DNA of 64,000 nucleotides from Acidobacteriota bacterium (GTDB taxonomy: Bacteria; Acidobacteriota; UBA6911; RPQK01; JAJDTT01): assembly GCA_965209055.1 (NCBI GenBank), contig OZ242374.1, positions 5,216,001 through 5,280,000 on the forward strand, read 5' to 3'. Made by a program: the position numbers and the translations under genes. Shown piece after piece: positions 1-8,212 of the stretch. The first letter of the stretch is position 1. The number at the start of each line of letters is the position of its first letter. The notes beneath the pieces are model-generated. The model saw only the letters and a program-made list of their open reading frames with translations. It did not search any database and had not been told where the DNA came from.

Positions 1-410
1 TCGAAAAATTCCGCCGCCAGCTTCCGGGCCATTCCTGAAAAGAGACGGCTGCCGACGGCCGCCAGGGTCCCGGCCACCAGGGCATTCCCCTGGTAGTGGA
101 CCACCGTCTCCTGGCCGTCCTCTTCCAGCCTCAGCTTTCCCTCGGCCCGGATTCCGCCCACGGTGCCGTTTCCCTGGACCCGCAGGGTCAGGTCCGAAGG
201 CTCCTTCTTGTCGCGAACTTCCACGTTTCCGCCGAAGACGCCGCGAATCGGACCGAGGGCCAACTCCAACTCCGCTCTGAAACGGTCTTCCCCGTCCGGC
301 ACCAGAGTCTTGACGCCGGGAGTGGCCCGGGCCAACACCTGGGGATCGTTCAATAGCTGCCAGACTCGGAGACGGGATAAGGCCAGTCGGTGGGTTCCCG
401 ATAGCTGCAT
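1..410 (-). CDS. coxG: CoxG/SRPBCC-family protein (CO dehydrogenase subunit G-like), runs off the left edge
   Basis: Own translation from ATG at 410: MQLSGTHRLALSRLRVWQLLNDPQVLARATPGVKTL...GNALVAGTLAAVGSRLFSGMARKLAAEFF. Typical CoxG pattern; an xdhC-family gene is nearby. Not in the ORF track. Confidence 0.8.
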   Translation of the reverse strand, partial: MQLSGTHRLALSRLRVWQLLNDPQVLARATPGVKTLVPDGEDRFRAELELALGPIRGVFGGNVEVRDKKEPSDLTLRVQGNGTVGGIRAEGKLRLEEDGQETVVHYQGNALVAGTLAAVGSRLFSGMARKLAAEFF

Positions 411-518
411 CAAGGGCCTCGAACAACGGTGACCAGAGGCGCCAACTCAGGGCGCTCCCTATTCTTCAACCGCCGTTTAGGTCTGTCAATCACTTTTCTC
501 GGAAACCAGGGGAAATTG

Positions 519-602
519 CTCCCCCACCGGCCTGGAGCGGCGATGTCCTAACCGCCGATTCTTGGACCATCGCGAAACCCGGCGCACGTGCGATTGGAAA
601 TC
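519..602 (+). repeat. Left part of a degenerate REP-like element interrupted by the integrative element
   Basis: ctcccccaccggcc-tggagcggcgatgtcctaaccgccga...gtgcGATTGGAAATC resembles the intact copies (e.g. 18744-18877) but lacks the terminal gcccctcct, which is found at 8149-8157. Confidence 0.7.
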
Positions 603-644
603 CGTTACTCTGTCCAGATGAGATAGGGGATTGGTCCTGTATTT

Positions 645-1760
645 TCAACAGTTTATCCCAATTCTCCCCTCTAAATGCTCCCTCTTGGTTCTTACTCGTT
701 GCCTGTTTGTTGCCGGTTGCGTTTGGGAGTCTTCGTTAGCCTGTGCCTCCCGAATGCTGGCCAGCGCATGAGAACTGACGTACCCCGCATACCGCATGGT
801 CGTGCTGATCGCCGAGTGGCCCATCAGCTTCTGCACCGTCCTCACGTCCACCCCCTGCATCAGCCAGTGGCTGCACCGGAATCGCCGCAGGTCGTGAAAT
901 CCGACCTCCAAGCCGACCCTCTCGCCGGCCCGGCGCAGTGGCATGTCGGGATTCACCCATCTCGTCCCGGTCCTGCTGTTGACAAAGACATATGAGGTGT
1001 TCAGGTACCGTGGGAGCCCTGCCAGATATCCGGTGGCGTACTGCGACAGCGGTATCTCCCTCGTCCTGTCGTTCTTGGTGAATTCCACCCATAGCAGCCT
1101 CCGGGATAGGTCCACCCGTTTCCAGGTGAGCGACAAAGCTTCGCCTTTTCGTATCCCCGTCTCGCCGATCGCCGCGATCATGGCTTGCAGGTAGGGATTC
1201 TCCACCGCCTCGACCAGGTCGCGGAACTGCTGGACCGTCAAAGGCCGGAAGACCTTCTTCGGCTCCTTCAGTTTGGGGAACCGAATCAACGGGTGCGTGT
1301 CCACCTCTCCGCACTCCAGCGCGTAGGAAAACAGCTTGCTGATGGCGGCAATGGCGCGGTTCACCGTGGCCGGTTTGACTTGCTTCTTCCTCTGGGCGAC
1401 GTAGCGGTGCAGGTCTTTGCGTTGGAACTCCTTCAGGGGAATGTTCCCCAGCATGGAGTTGAGGCTCTTGAACGAACCCTCATAGCTCCGCCAGGAGCGC
1501 AGACGAGGTTTGCAGTACTCCTCGAGAAAACGCTTGTAGAAGCTCTGGACCGTCCAGATGGAGCGTTTCCCGCCGGCGAGCTCCTCCTTGAGCTGCTTCC
1601 AGGTGCCGTCCAGGATGCTGGACTCGATTCGTGTTTGAAGCGCCTGTGCGCTCCGGTAGTTGGGGGCGTACATTCTGAGCCGACCGGATCCGTTCGGCCA
1701 GTACTTGCTGACGACGAAACGTCGTCTCCCCCGGCGATCCTTCACCTTGTAGATGCCCAT
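645..1760 (-). CDS. Tyrosine recombinase / phage-type integrase
   Basis: TGIRKGEALSL (R), KND (K), FHDLRR (HxxR), LMGHSAISTTMRY (H, Y). ATG at 1760 has SD GAAAGGAGG and is preferred over TTG 1829. Confidence 0.95.
   Translation of the reverse strand: MGIYKVKDRRGRRRFVVSKYWPNGSGRLRMYAPNYRSAQALQTRIESSILDGTWKQLKEELAGGKRSIWTVQSFYKRFLEEYCKPRLRSWRSYEGSFKSLNSMLGNIPLKEFQRKDLHRYVAQRKKQVKPATVNRAIAAISKLFSYALECGEVDTHPLIRFPKLKEPKKVFRPLTVQQFRDLVEAVENPYLQAMIAAIGETGIRKGEALSLTWKRVDLSRRLLWVEFTKNDRTREIPLSQYATGYLAGLPRYLNTSYVFVNSRTGTRWVNPDMPLRRAGERVGLEVGFHDLRRFRCSHWLMQGVDVRTVQKLMGHSAISTTMRYAGYVSSHALASIREAQANEDSQTQPATNRQRVRTKREHLEGRIGINC
700..718 (+). promoter_or_regulatory. Candidate integrase arm-type binding site (left)
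   Basis: tgcctgtttgttgccggtt, 17/19 identical to 8013-8031, about 100 bp inside the att core. Confidence 0.6.
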
Positions 1761-1803
1761 GCATCTCCTCCTTTCTGGATCCGGGTTCTTCGCCGTGGTG
1801 CGA

Positions 1804-1812
1804 ATCCTACCA
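1804..1812 (-). promoter_or_regulatory. Extended -10 promoter candidate for the integrase
   Basis: TGgTAGGAT on the minus strand about 45 nt upstream of ATG 1760. Confidence 0.4.
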
Positions 1813-1867
1813 CGGCTCAAGCAAATCAACGTCGGCGTTCAAGTCCTCCAGGGCGAGGACCCGGCAG

Positions 1868-2060
1868 CAACTTCTACCGCCAGTTTGGTGTGAACCCCGC
1901 CAAGGCCGGTGACAAAGCGGCCGCCAATAACTCTCGGAAGAGGTCGCTCCGCAAGTTGAAGAAGATCAAGGAGGCGTGGCCGGATCTTAACTTCGGGCTG
2001 GCGCGGGGCGTCCTCATTGTCGAGCCATCCGCTCCGTCGGTTCCCTCACTCACCCAGTAG
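1868..2060 (+). pseudogene. C-terminal remnant of a plasmid-encoded RepA-type replication protein
   Basis: FYRQFGVNPAKAGDKAAANNSRKRSLRKLKKIKEAWPDLNFGLARGVLIVEPSAPSVP* recalls the RepA_C C-terminus; no start codon or N-terminal part present. Confidence 0.6.
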
Positions 2061-2267
2061 GCGGCGCGCCGGCGGGAGGAAAGCCACGACCCTCTGGGAT
2101 CGGATCAGGGTCCGATAAGTGGATTTTATCGGACCTAAAAACTTTTCAGGAGGGGTTGTCCGGCGGCTCCGCGCTCCGTCCAGAAATGCGCCGCGCAGAT
2201 TCGCCTCGCCCATGACCGCCCCCGGGAGGTCCGTCCAGGAACGTCCGGCAGGAAAAGACTCCCCCGC

Positions 2268-5200
2268 CTATTTCACGGTCAGCCACCAGGAGGCGGCGAA
2301 GGTGGAGTTGGGGGTCAGGAACCTCAGGACGGCCTGTCCCGCCGTTACGAACGTCCGGCGGGCGGTCTCTTTCTCGACCACCAGGGTCCCGCCGATGAAC
2401 GATCGCTGGTCCTGAGTCGGGACTCCATCCGGAATCTCGATCGTGGTGAGGTCGGACGGGTCTCCGTCCCCGTAGTCCTCGGTGCAGGTCATCGTCGTCC
2501 GCTGGAACACCACCCACCCGGGAGAGGCGTTCCGGTTCGGGTCCAACCCGGCATCCAGGCCCTGGAAGTCCCCGTCGCCGGTCCGGACCGTGGGGACGAG
2601 ATCGGTCAGGTCGGACAGGCTCCACCCTTGGACCCGTGGGTTTCCGGTACAGCCCATCGGGGAAGCGTCCGGCATCACCCCGATGCCATCGACCAGAAGG
2701 TAGAGTCCCGGCAGGTGGGGCGGCACGATGGGTCCATACACGGGAGGGACCCAGACCGGGTCCGGCAATTCATTCCCCTTGGGATCGAACAGACGAACCC
2801 GGTAGATCGTCCTCGCCCCGATCAGCCGGTACTCCCCCGGCTCCCCGTAGTCATCCGCGACGGACAGGAACTGAATGCTCTGATCCATAAGGTCGTTGCC
2901 GTACAGTGAGGACCAGACGAGCGCGCCGCCGTTGACGACCCGGTTGTTCTCCGTGGGAGTCGGATCCAGGGCTACCGGCGAACCGTCGCCGCTGTCGTCT
3001 GCCCGGTTGTCCTCATCGGTAGCGGCGTTGACCGCCTCGACGCCTCCGTGCGTCCAAGGGGACAAACGGGCCTCGTTCGTGCCGTTCAGGACCGCGTAGG
3101 CGACACCGATCCGGTGGTCGGAACCGTTCTCGCCGTGCGCCGTGACGGCGGGGCGCACCAAGGCGTTGACGCCCCAGGCGATCCCGCCGGTGAGGGCGGA
3201 AACCTCGGCGGCGGTGTGATGGCCGACGAGGTCGTTGAAGGCGACGGGCTCGACGTTGTGAACCGTCAAGGGCCCGACGTTGCGGCCGGTGCGTTCTTTC
3301 TCGTATTCCTGAGGTTGTCGGTCGGTGGCGAACTGAGCGACGGTCTGGAATCCGAGATCTCCGATGGCGTCGATGTTGTCCGCGCCGTGCAGGCCCTCGG
3401 CCAGAAAGTCGGGGAAGAGGACGTTGGCCGTTTCCGGGGGGTCTCCCGGAGCGCGGTCGTCCTCTTCGGAGCGAGCCCCCACGGCGGTGACGGCGATGAG
3501 GAACCGACCCGAGTTGAACCCGGGTCGATCTTTTCCGGTCTCGTCTTTGAAACTCACGGCCGGGATCTCGTCGAAGAGGATCTCCCTCACGTTCACCGGT
3601 CCTGATCCGTCTTCCTGGTCCGTTCCCGGGATCTCGTGGTGAAAGGGATCGACCAGGACGTTGGCCCCGGCCCGCAGGACGCGCAGATACCAGAGCACCG
3701 GTTCCATCTGGTCGTTGTGGTACTGGACGAGCAGCGTGACGGCTTGCCCGTCCGCAGTGTTGGTGACGGAGATGAAGTTGCGCTGGGCGGCTTCGGTCGC
3801 TCCCAGCCATCCTGAGACGCTCCTGGAGGCCGTTGGGGCCAACGGGTCGGAGTGAGCATAAGCACGGGCGTCGATTCCCATATCGGCGAGAAACAGCAAC
3901 TGGGACCCGGGGTGATCGTCAACGGCACTTGTGCTTCCTATCGGTCCCCCGCCGGAGAGGTCCAGTCTCCCCCCCGGCAGAGAACCATCGTCGGCCAGGA
4001 TGGTCCCGGTGGCGGTCCGCCGCAGCGGGAAGACCGGAGCCCAGCCCGCCTCTGGGTCGGCCGGCAGCAGGGTCACGGTCAGGGTCTCACCATCGTCGGC
4101 AAGAGTGTCGGCTGTCGTGGGCACGCTGATGGCCGTGCTGCTCGTCGAATCATCGGTGTCGGTGTTGGCCGGGATCGTCACGCTGCCCGCCGCCGTGCCG
4201 GTGTAATCGGCGCTGCTGGCCGTGCCGTCTTCCGTCTCGTAGCTCAGCGTCAGGCCGCCCGTGGCCCCGGCCACCCCCCGCACCGGATAGGTCGAGTGCT
4301 CCACCATGAAGCTGAGCGCGCTGCCTTCGGGGGCGCTGGCGTCCTCGATGCGCAGACACGACCATACGGTCAGGTCGTCGTCCGTGCGGCGGGTCTCGAG
4401 GGCCGCCGGCAGCGTTGCGGTGGCGTCCAGATTCGTGCCGCACAGGGAGAGATCGGTCAGGTCGGCCAGACTGCCGAGTTGGCCCGGAATCCCTCCCGTG
4501 AGGGGGTTGCCGGCCAGATGCAACAATTGGAGGCTGGTCAAGGCACTCAAGTCCGGGATGCTCCCGCTGAGTCGGTTCTGGTCGAGGACGAGGCGTTGGA
4601 GGCTGGTCAGGGCACTCAAGTCCGGGATGCTCCCGCTGAGTCGGTTTCGGTTGAGATAGAGCCAAGTGAGGCTGGTCGGGAAAACGCTGGCGTCAATGCC
4701 CCCGCTCAATTCGTTGTCGAAGAGGACGAGCCTGTTGAGGCTGGTCAGGTCGCTCAGGTCCGGGATGCTCCCGCTGAGTCGGTTGCGGTGCAGGAAGAGG
4801 ACTCTCAGGCTGCCCGGGAGATCGCTGGCGTCAAGGCTCCCGGTCAATCGGTTGTCGTTGAGGATGAGGGTGTGGAGACGGGGGAGGCTGCTCAGGTCGG
4901 GGATCGGGCCGCTGAGCCGGTTGTAGCTGAGGTAGAGGATTCTGAGCTTGGAAAGGCCGCTGAGGTCGGGAAAGGGCCCGCTGAGTTGGTTGTGCTGGAA
5001 TTGGACGTTGGAAAGCTCGGTGAGACCGCTTAGGTCCGGGATTTCCCCGCTGAGCTGGTTATCGTAGAGGTGGATTTGGTTGAGATTGGTAAGAGCGCTG
5101 AGGTCCGGAATACTCCCGCTAAGTCGGTTCTGGTAGAGTTCGATTTGTCGGAGATTGGTAAGAGCGCTGAGGTCCGGAATGGACCCGCTCAACTCGTTGC

Positions 5201-5615
5201 TGGCGAGTAAGAGTTCTTCGAGGGCGGTCAGGCTGCTCAGGTCGGGAATCTCCCCGCTCAACTCGTTGCTGAAGAAGGCGAGGATTTGGAGGGCGGTCAG
5301 GCTATTCAGGGCCGCCGGAATCGTTCCGGTGAGTTGGCGGCTGCCGAGGACAAGCGAGGTGACCCGGCTCCCGGTCACGGTGATCCCGTCCCACGAGGCC
5401 ATGCTCAGGCTGTTGGCCCAGTTCAGGCTCGCCGTGCCCCGTAAGGCATCCATGAGCCCCAGCAGGGCGGCGCAGTCGCCGGCCAGGGCCGCGGGGTCGG
5501 AGGGAGCAGGTGTCACGCCGGTGATCGCGACGTCGGTCACCGCGCAAGAGGTCTGCGCACCAGCTTCGGTTGCCAGTCCCAACAGGAGGGCCGAGCTCGA
5601 CAAAGCCATCGCCAA
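2268..5615 (-). CDS. Secreted leucine-rich repeat protein (plant-type LRR + Calx-beta-like domain + unknown C-terminal domain); true start probably further upstream
   Basis: Signal peptide ending TEAGA|Q; LRRNT-like cap (DCAALL...LNW...WDGITV); 13-14 23-aa repeats LxxLxLxxNxLSGxIPDLSxL; Calx-beta-like YETEDGTASSADY...DDGETLTVTL. Confidence 0.9.
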   Translation of the reverse strand: MAMALSSSALLLGLATEAGAQTSCAVTDVAITGVTPAPSDPAALAGDCAALLGLMDALRGTASLNWANSLSMASWDGITVTGSRVTSLVLGSRQLTGTIPAALNSLTALQILAFFSNELSGEIPDLSSLTALEELLLASNELSGSIPDLSALTNLRQIELYQNRLSGSIPDLSALTNLNQIHLYDNQLSGEIPDLSGLTELSNVQFQHNQLSGPFPDLSGLSKLRILYLSYNRLSGPIPDLSSLPRLHTLILNDNRLTGSLDASDLPGSLRVLFLHRNRLSGSIPDLSDLTSLNRLVLFDNELSGGIDASVFPTSLTWLYLNRNRLSGSIPDLSALTSLQRLVLDQNRLSGSIPDLSALTSLQLLHLAGNPLTGGIPGQLGSLADLTDLSLCGTNLDATATLPAALETRRTDDDLTVWSCLRIEDASAPEGSALSFMVEHSTYPVRGVAGATGGLTLSYETEDGTASSADYTGTAAGSVTIPANTDTDDSTSSTAISVPTTADTLADDGETLTVTLLPADPEAGWAPVFPLRRTATGTILADDGSLPGGRLDLSGGGPIGSTSAVDDHPGSQLLFLADMGIDARAYAHSDPLAPTASRSVSGWLGATEAAQRNFISVTNTADGQAVTLLVQYHNDQMEPVLWYLRVLRAGANVLVDPFHHEIPGTDQEDGSGPVNVREILFDEIPAVSFKDETGKDRPGFNSGRFLIAVTAVGARSEEDDRAPGDPPETANVLFPDFLAEGLHGADNIDAIGDLGFQTVAQFATDRQPQEYEKERTGRNVGPLTVHNVEPVAFNDLVGHHTAAEVSALTGGIAWGVNALVRPAVTAHGENGSDHRIGVAYAVLNGTNEARLSPWTHGGVEAVNAATDEDNRADDSGDGSPVALDPTPTENNRVVNGGALVWSSLYGNDLMDQSIQFLSVADDYGEPGEYRLIGARTIYRVRLFDPKGNELPDPVWVPPVYGPIVPPHLPGLYLLVDGIGVMPDASPMGCTGNPRVQGWSLSDLTDLVPTVRTGDGDFQGLDAGLDPNRNASPGWVVFQRTTMTCTEDYGDGDPSDLTTIEIPDGVPTQDQRSFIGGTLVVEKETARRTFVTAGQAVLRFLTPNSTFAASWWLTVK

Positions 5616-5743
5616 GCCGCGCCAGCGAAGGCCAACACCGCCGCGGTCGCGGGAGAGCGCCGTTGCACCCCGACGGGCGGCCGGGCCAGCGCAATGCTCG
5701 GAAAAGGCAGCAAGGTCGCCAACTGGGTGCGGGCAGGCGACAG

Positions 5744-5795
5744 GGCTCCTGGCTCCTGGCTCCTGGCTCCTGGCTCCTGGCTCCTGGCTCCTGGC
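5744..5795. repeat. Heptanucleotide tandem repeat (GGCTCCT)x7 + GGC
   Basis: Seven perfect copies counted directly. Confidence 0.97.
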
Positions 5796-6274
5796 AAGAT
5801 CGTGTGCACTGAGCGTCCCCTTTAGTCAAGCATCCGTGCCGCCCCTTCCGCGGCAAATTTAGCACAGCTTGGCTCGAAAGGCCGTCACTAAGGTCAGGCA
5901 TGGGCGTGTGGCTGTCCGTCCAGCCTCCGCCAGCGGAGCGCGACGGAGCGGGGATCTCCGCGACCGGGTGTCACTCCTTGTTGACCTGGTCCAACTCCGA
6001 GCGTTTCCGAACGCCACCCAGCGGAGCGGTGTCGTGGCGTCCCCTCCCCTCGCCCAGTCGCAGATATAGGGGATTAACGGGGGCTGGGGGTCCAGACCGG
6101 ACACAGGAGAGGAAGAGCGACGAGTTCCTGGTGGAGTACCTGCGGGTGAACGAGGAGCACTGCCCCCGCTGAGTAGCCAGTAGAACAGTTCCCCCCTAAA
6201 GGCCTCTTCCAGCGGCGCGGCTCGATCCAGGTCCGCGAATCCGGCAAGGGATAGACTGGACAGGAAAGGATTCA

Positions 6275-6811
6275 ATGATCTGCTACGTGGCGACGCACAA
6301 TGAGAGTGGGAGGCGATATGTCGGCATCACCAAGGGCTCGCTGAGTCTCCGTAGGAGTACGCACGAAAGCCATGCCAAGAAGGAGGTGGACAATACCTTT
6401 TTCCACCAAGCCATCCGAGCATACGGTGCCGATGGATTTTCTTGGAAGGTGGTAGCTGAGGGAGACGAAGAAGTTATTAGGCTGCTAGAGAACGCCCTGA
6501 TTCACACATGGCAAACAAATTGGCCTGACCAAGGTTTTAACTCCAAGGGAGGGGCAGAATGGATTGACCAACCTCCGTTGACACAACCGCCAGAAGACTA
6601 TTCCGATTCGCCTTTCGGAAATGTGGATGTCTTGTACATGATGTATAGCTTGGACGCGATTGTCAGTTGGGTCGAGAGAAATTACCCGGACGGTGATCGT
6701 TGTAGCGACTTAAGGGAAATGGGCGACAGGTTACTGAAACGGCTGGATCGAATCGACCCCCCTCGTGGTCCAAGCAGCGCTGACGAACCTGACAGCCGAG
6801 AGAACCACTGA
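6275..6811 (+). CDS. GIY-YIG family endonuclease
   Basis: ICYVATHNESGRRYVGIT (GIY..YIG variant), conserved R (LRRSTH), E (LLENALI) and N (GFN); SD GGAAAGGA. Confidence 0.85.
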   Translation: MICYVATHNESGRRYVGITKGSLSLRRSTHESHAKKEVDNTFFHQAIRAYGADGFSWKVVAEGDEEVIRLLENALIHTWQTNWPDQGFNSKGGAEWIDQPPLTQPPEDYSDSPFGNVDVLYMMYSLDAIVSWVERNYPDGDRCSDLREMGDRLLKRLDRIDPPRGPSSADEPDSRENH

Positions 6812-7191
6812 GACGCCACAACATAGCCGGCCCATAGGATTTTCAGTAACCTTCTGCGGCTCACACGGCGGTGCCACTTCCGCCGCCGAAAAACTCCCGT
6901 AACAGATCAAGATGGCCTTCGCCAGAATTATTTCCGCCTCTCGGGGAAATCCTCCTCCCGCCACTCGATAGAGCAATAGACCAGGTTCTCGGGGAGCTTT
7001 TCGGTTTTGCCCAGGCAGGACGAATTCTAGGAGCCCTCTTCGAGCTTGTAGGGACCCCCCAACTCCGAAGCGGTGGTGCTTTCGTAGGTAGAGTTTCCGG
7101 GATAAGTGCCGCGTTGGGGGAATGAACTCCTTGGATGACCGCAACAAGTCTTCAGAAATCTTCGCAGGGGCCTTCCCGCAGGGATCAATTC

Positions 7192-7288
7192 GACGGGAGC
7201 GACCCCCCCAGGGGGTGTTGCGCAGATGTGAATCGCGCAACACCCCCGCGCCCGCACCGGGCAGCAAAAAGGGGGGGTCGCTCCCGTC
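7192..7288. repeat. Nested perfect inverted repeats (cruciform), possible origin
   Basis: 18-bp IR 7192-7209/7271-7288 enclosing a 13-bp IR 7211-7223/7235-7247. Confidence 0.85.
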
Positions 7289-7803
7289 CACCTCTATTTT
7301 CCCCGTGCGGCCACCCGGTGGCCGGAAATGGGGCCGTAACTGACTGAAAGAAAAGAAGCTCGGGGAGAGTGCATTTGTGAATCACCGGGACCGCTTTTTG
7401 TGAATCCACCCCCTTTGTCCCATTCACATCCCGGATCGGGCGCGAGACCCTCTTTTCGCACTGCCGAAACGAGCCTCCATTAGCCCTTGCGACTGCCAAA
7501 TGCGTTCAACGTCAATCACGACCTGGAAGGAGCGACTTTCCGCCGCTGGTTGCAACTCGACCGCCCGCTTCAGTGCGGCCGTCACCCCGCCACAAGAGAC
7601 GAATCGGGGGCAACCAGGTCTTTTTCGGCGTTACCGATGGTCACGGCGGTTTTACGCCCAACTGTCAAAACATTGGACGCGTAGGATGGCCCCTGTTGAC
7701 CTGAAACAGGCGGACGAAGGGTCTGGCGCCTTTGATTCGGAGGCGTGAGAAGGAACCCTGCGCACAATGGCGGCGCGGCGTATTTCGTGGTAGCGTCCAA
7801 CCC

Positions 7804-7974
7804 ATGATTCTGGCCCTTGCGCTTCTCCTCGCCGTCGTCGCCTGGGTCTGCTACGCCGTCGCCCGCGCCCTGGACGCGAGTCTTGAAGAGGCGGACCGCC
7901 AGGCGGCTGCGGTGTTGGCAAACGATCGTCGAATCGCATTCACGATGTCTCCGAGCATCGGGAATACGAGGTAA
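7804..7974 (+). CDS. Small single-TM hypothetical protein (56 aa)
   Basis: MILALALLLAVVAWVCYAVARALDASLEEADRQ..., hydrophobic N-terminus followed by a helical tail. Confidence 0.45.
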   Translation: MILALALLLAVVAWVCYAVARALDASLEEADRQAAAVLANDRRIAFTMSPSIGNTR

Positions 7975-8012
7975 GGGAAAAAAGCGTGTCGGCTTTCAGG
8001 AGCAAAATCTAC

Positions 8013-8031
8013 TGCCTGTTTGTCGCCTGTT
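8013..8031 (+). promoter_or_regulatory. Candidate integrase arm-type binding site (right)
   Basis: tgcctgtttgtcgcctgtt, matches 700-718, about 107 bp inside the right att core. Confidence 0.6.
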
Positions 8032-8137
8032 CAGCACGCCAGACATGGGGAGTCAACCACTTTACCGATTCGGCGAAGAACCCGGTATTCCATTGAAAAC
8101 GTTAATGTTTAGTAGTTATTGACTGAGGGACGGTTGG

Positions 8138-8157
8138 GATTGGAAATCGCCCCTCCT
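8138..8157 (+). repeat. Right att core plus the remaining end of the split REP-like element
   Basis: GATTGGAAATCgcccctcct; repeat homology stops immediately upstream. Confidence 0.75.
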
Positions 8158-8197
8158 CTTGAACCAATTCCGAGAAACCGGGACACCAAGGCAGGCA

Positions 8198-8206
8198 TGC
8201 TATGAT
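8198..8206 (+). promoter_or_regulatory. Extended -10 promoter, possibly giving a leaderless rhomboid mRNA
   Basis: TGcTATGAT ends 6 nt before GTG 8213; no SD; in-frame stop directly upstream of the GTG. Confidence 0.45.
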
Positions 8207-8212
8207 TCATGA

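Larger units (their letters stand above)
592..8148. mobile_element. Integrative element (tyrosine-integrase island) with 11-bp att core GATTGGAAATC
   Basis: Direct repeat at 592-602 and 8138-8148; integrase next to the left end; matching 19-bp subterminal motifs at 700-718 and 8013-8031; mobile-type cargo; housekeeping genes on both flanks. Confidence 0.8.

Noticed and set aside
592-602. tRNA/tmRNA as the integration target
   Set aside because: No cloverleaf or T-loop/CCA motif near either end; the core matches the REP hairpin instead
1761-1829. Longer integrase start at TTG 1829
   Set aside because: A strong SD precedes ATG 1760 and a -10-like box lies at 1804-1812
4430-5370. Possible diversity-generating retroelement acting on the LRR gene
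   Set aside because: No reverse transcriptase and no template/variable repeat pair with adenine-specific differences seen
6275-6811. Group I intron hosting the GIY-YIG ORF
   Set aside because: No interrupted host gene or recognisable intron core in the flanks
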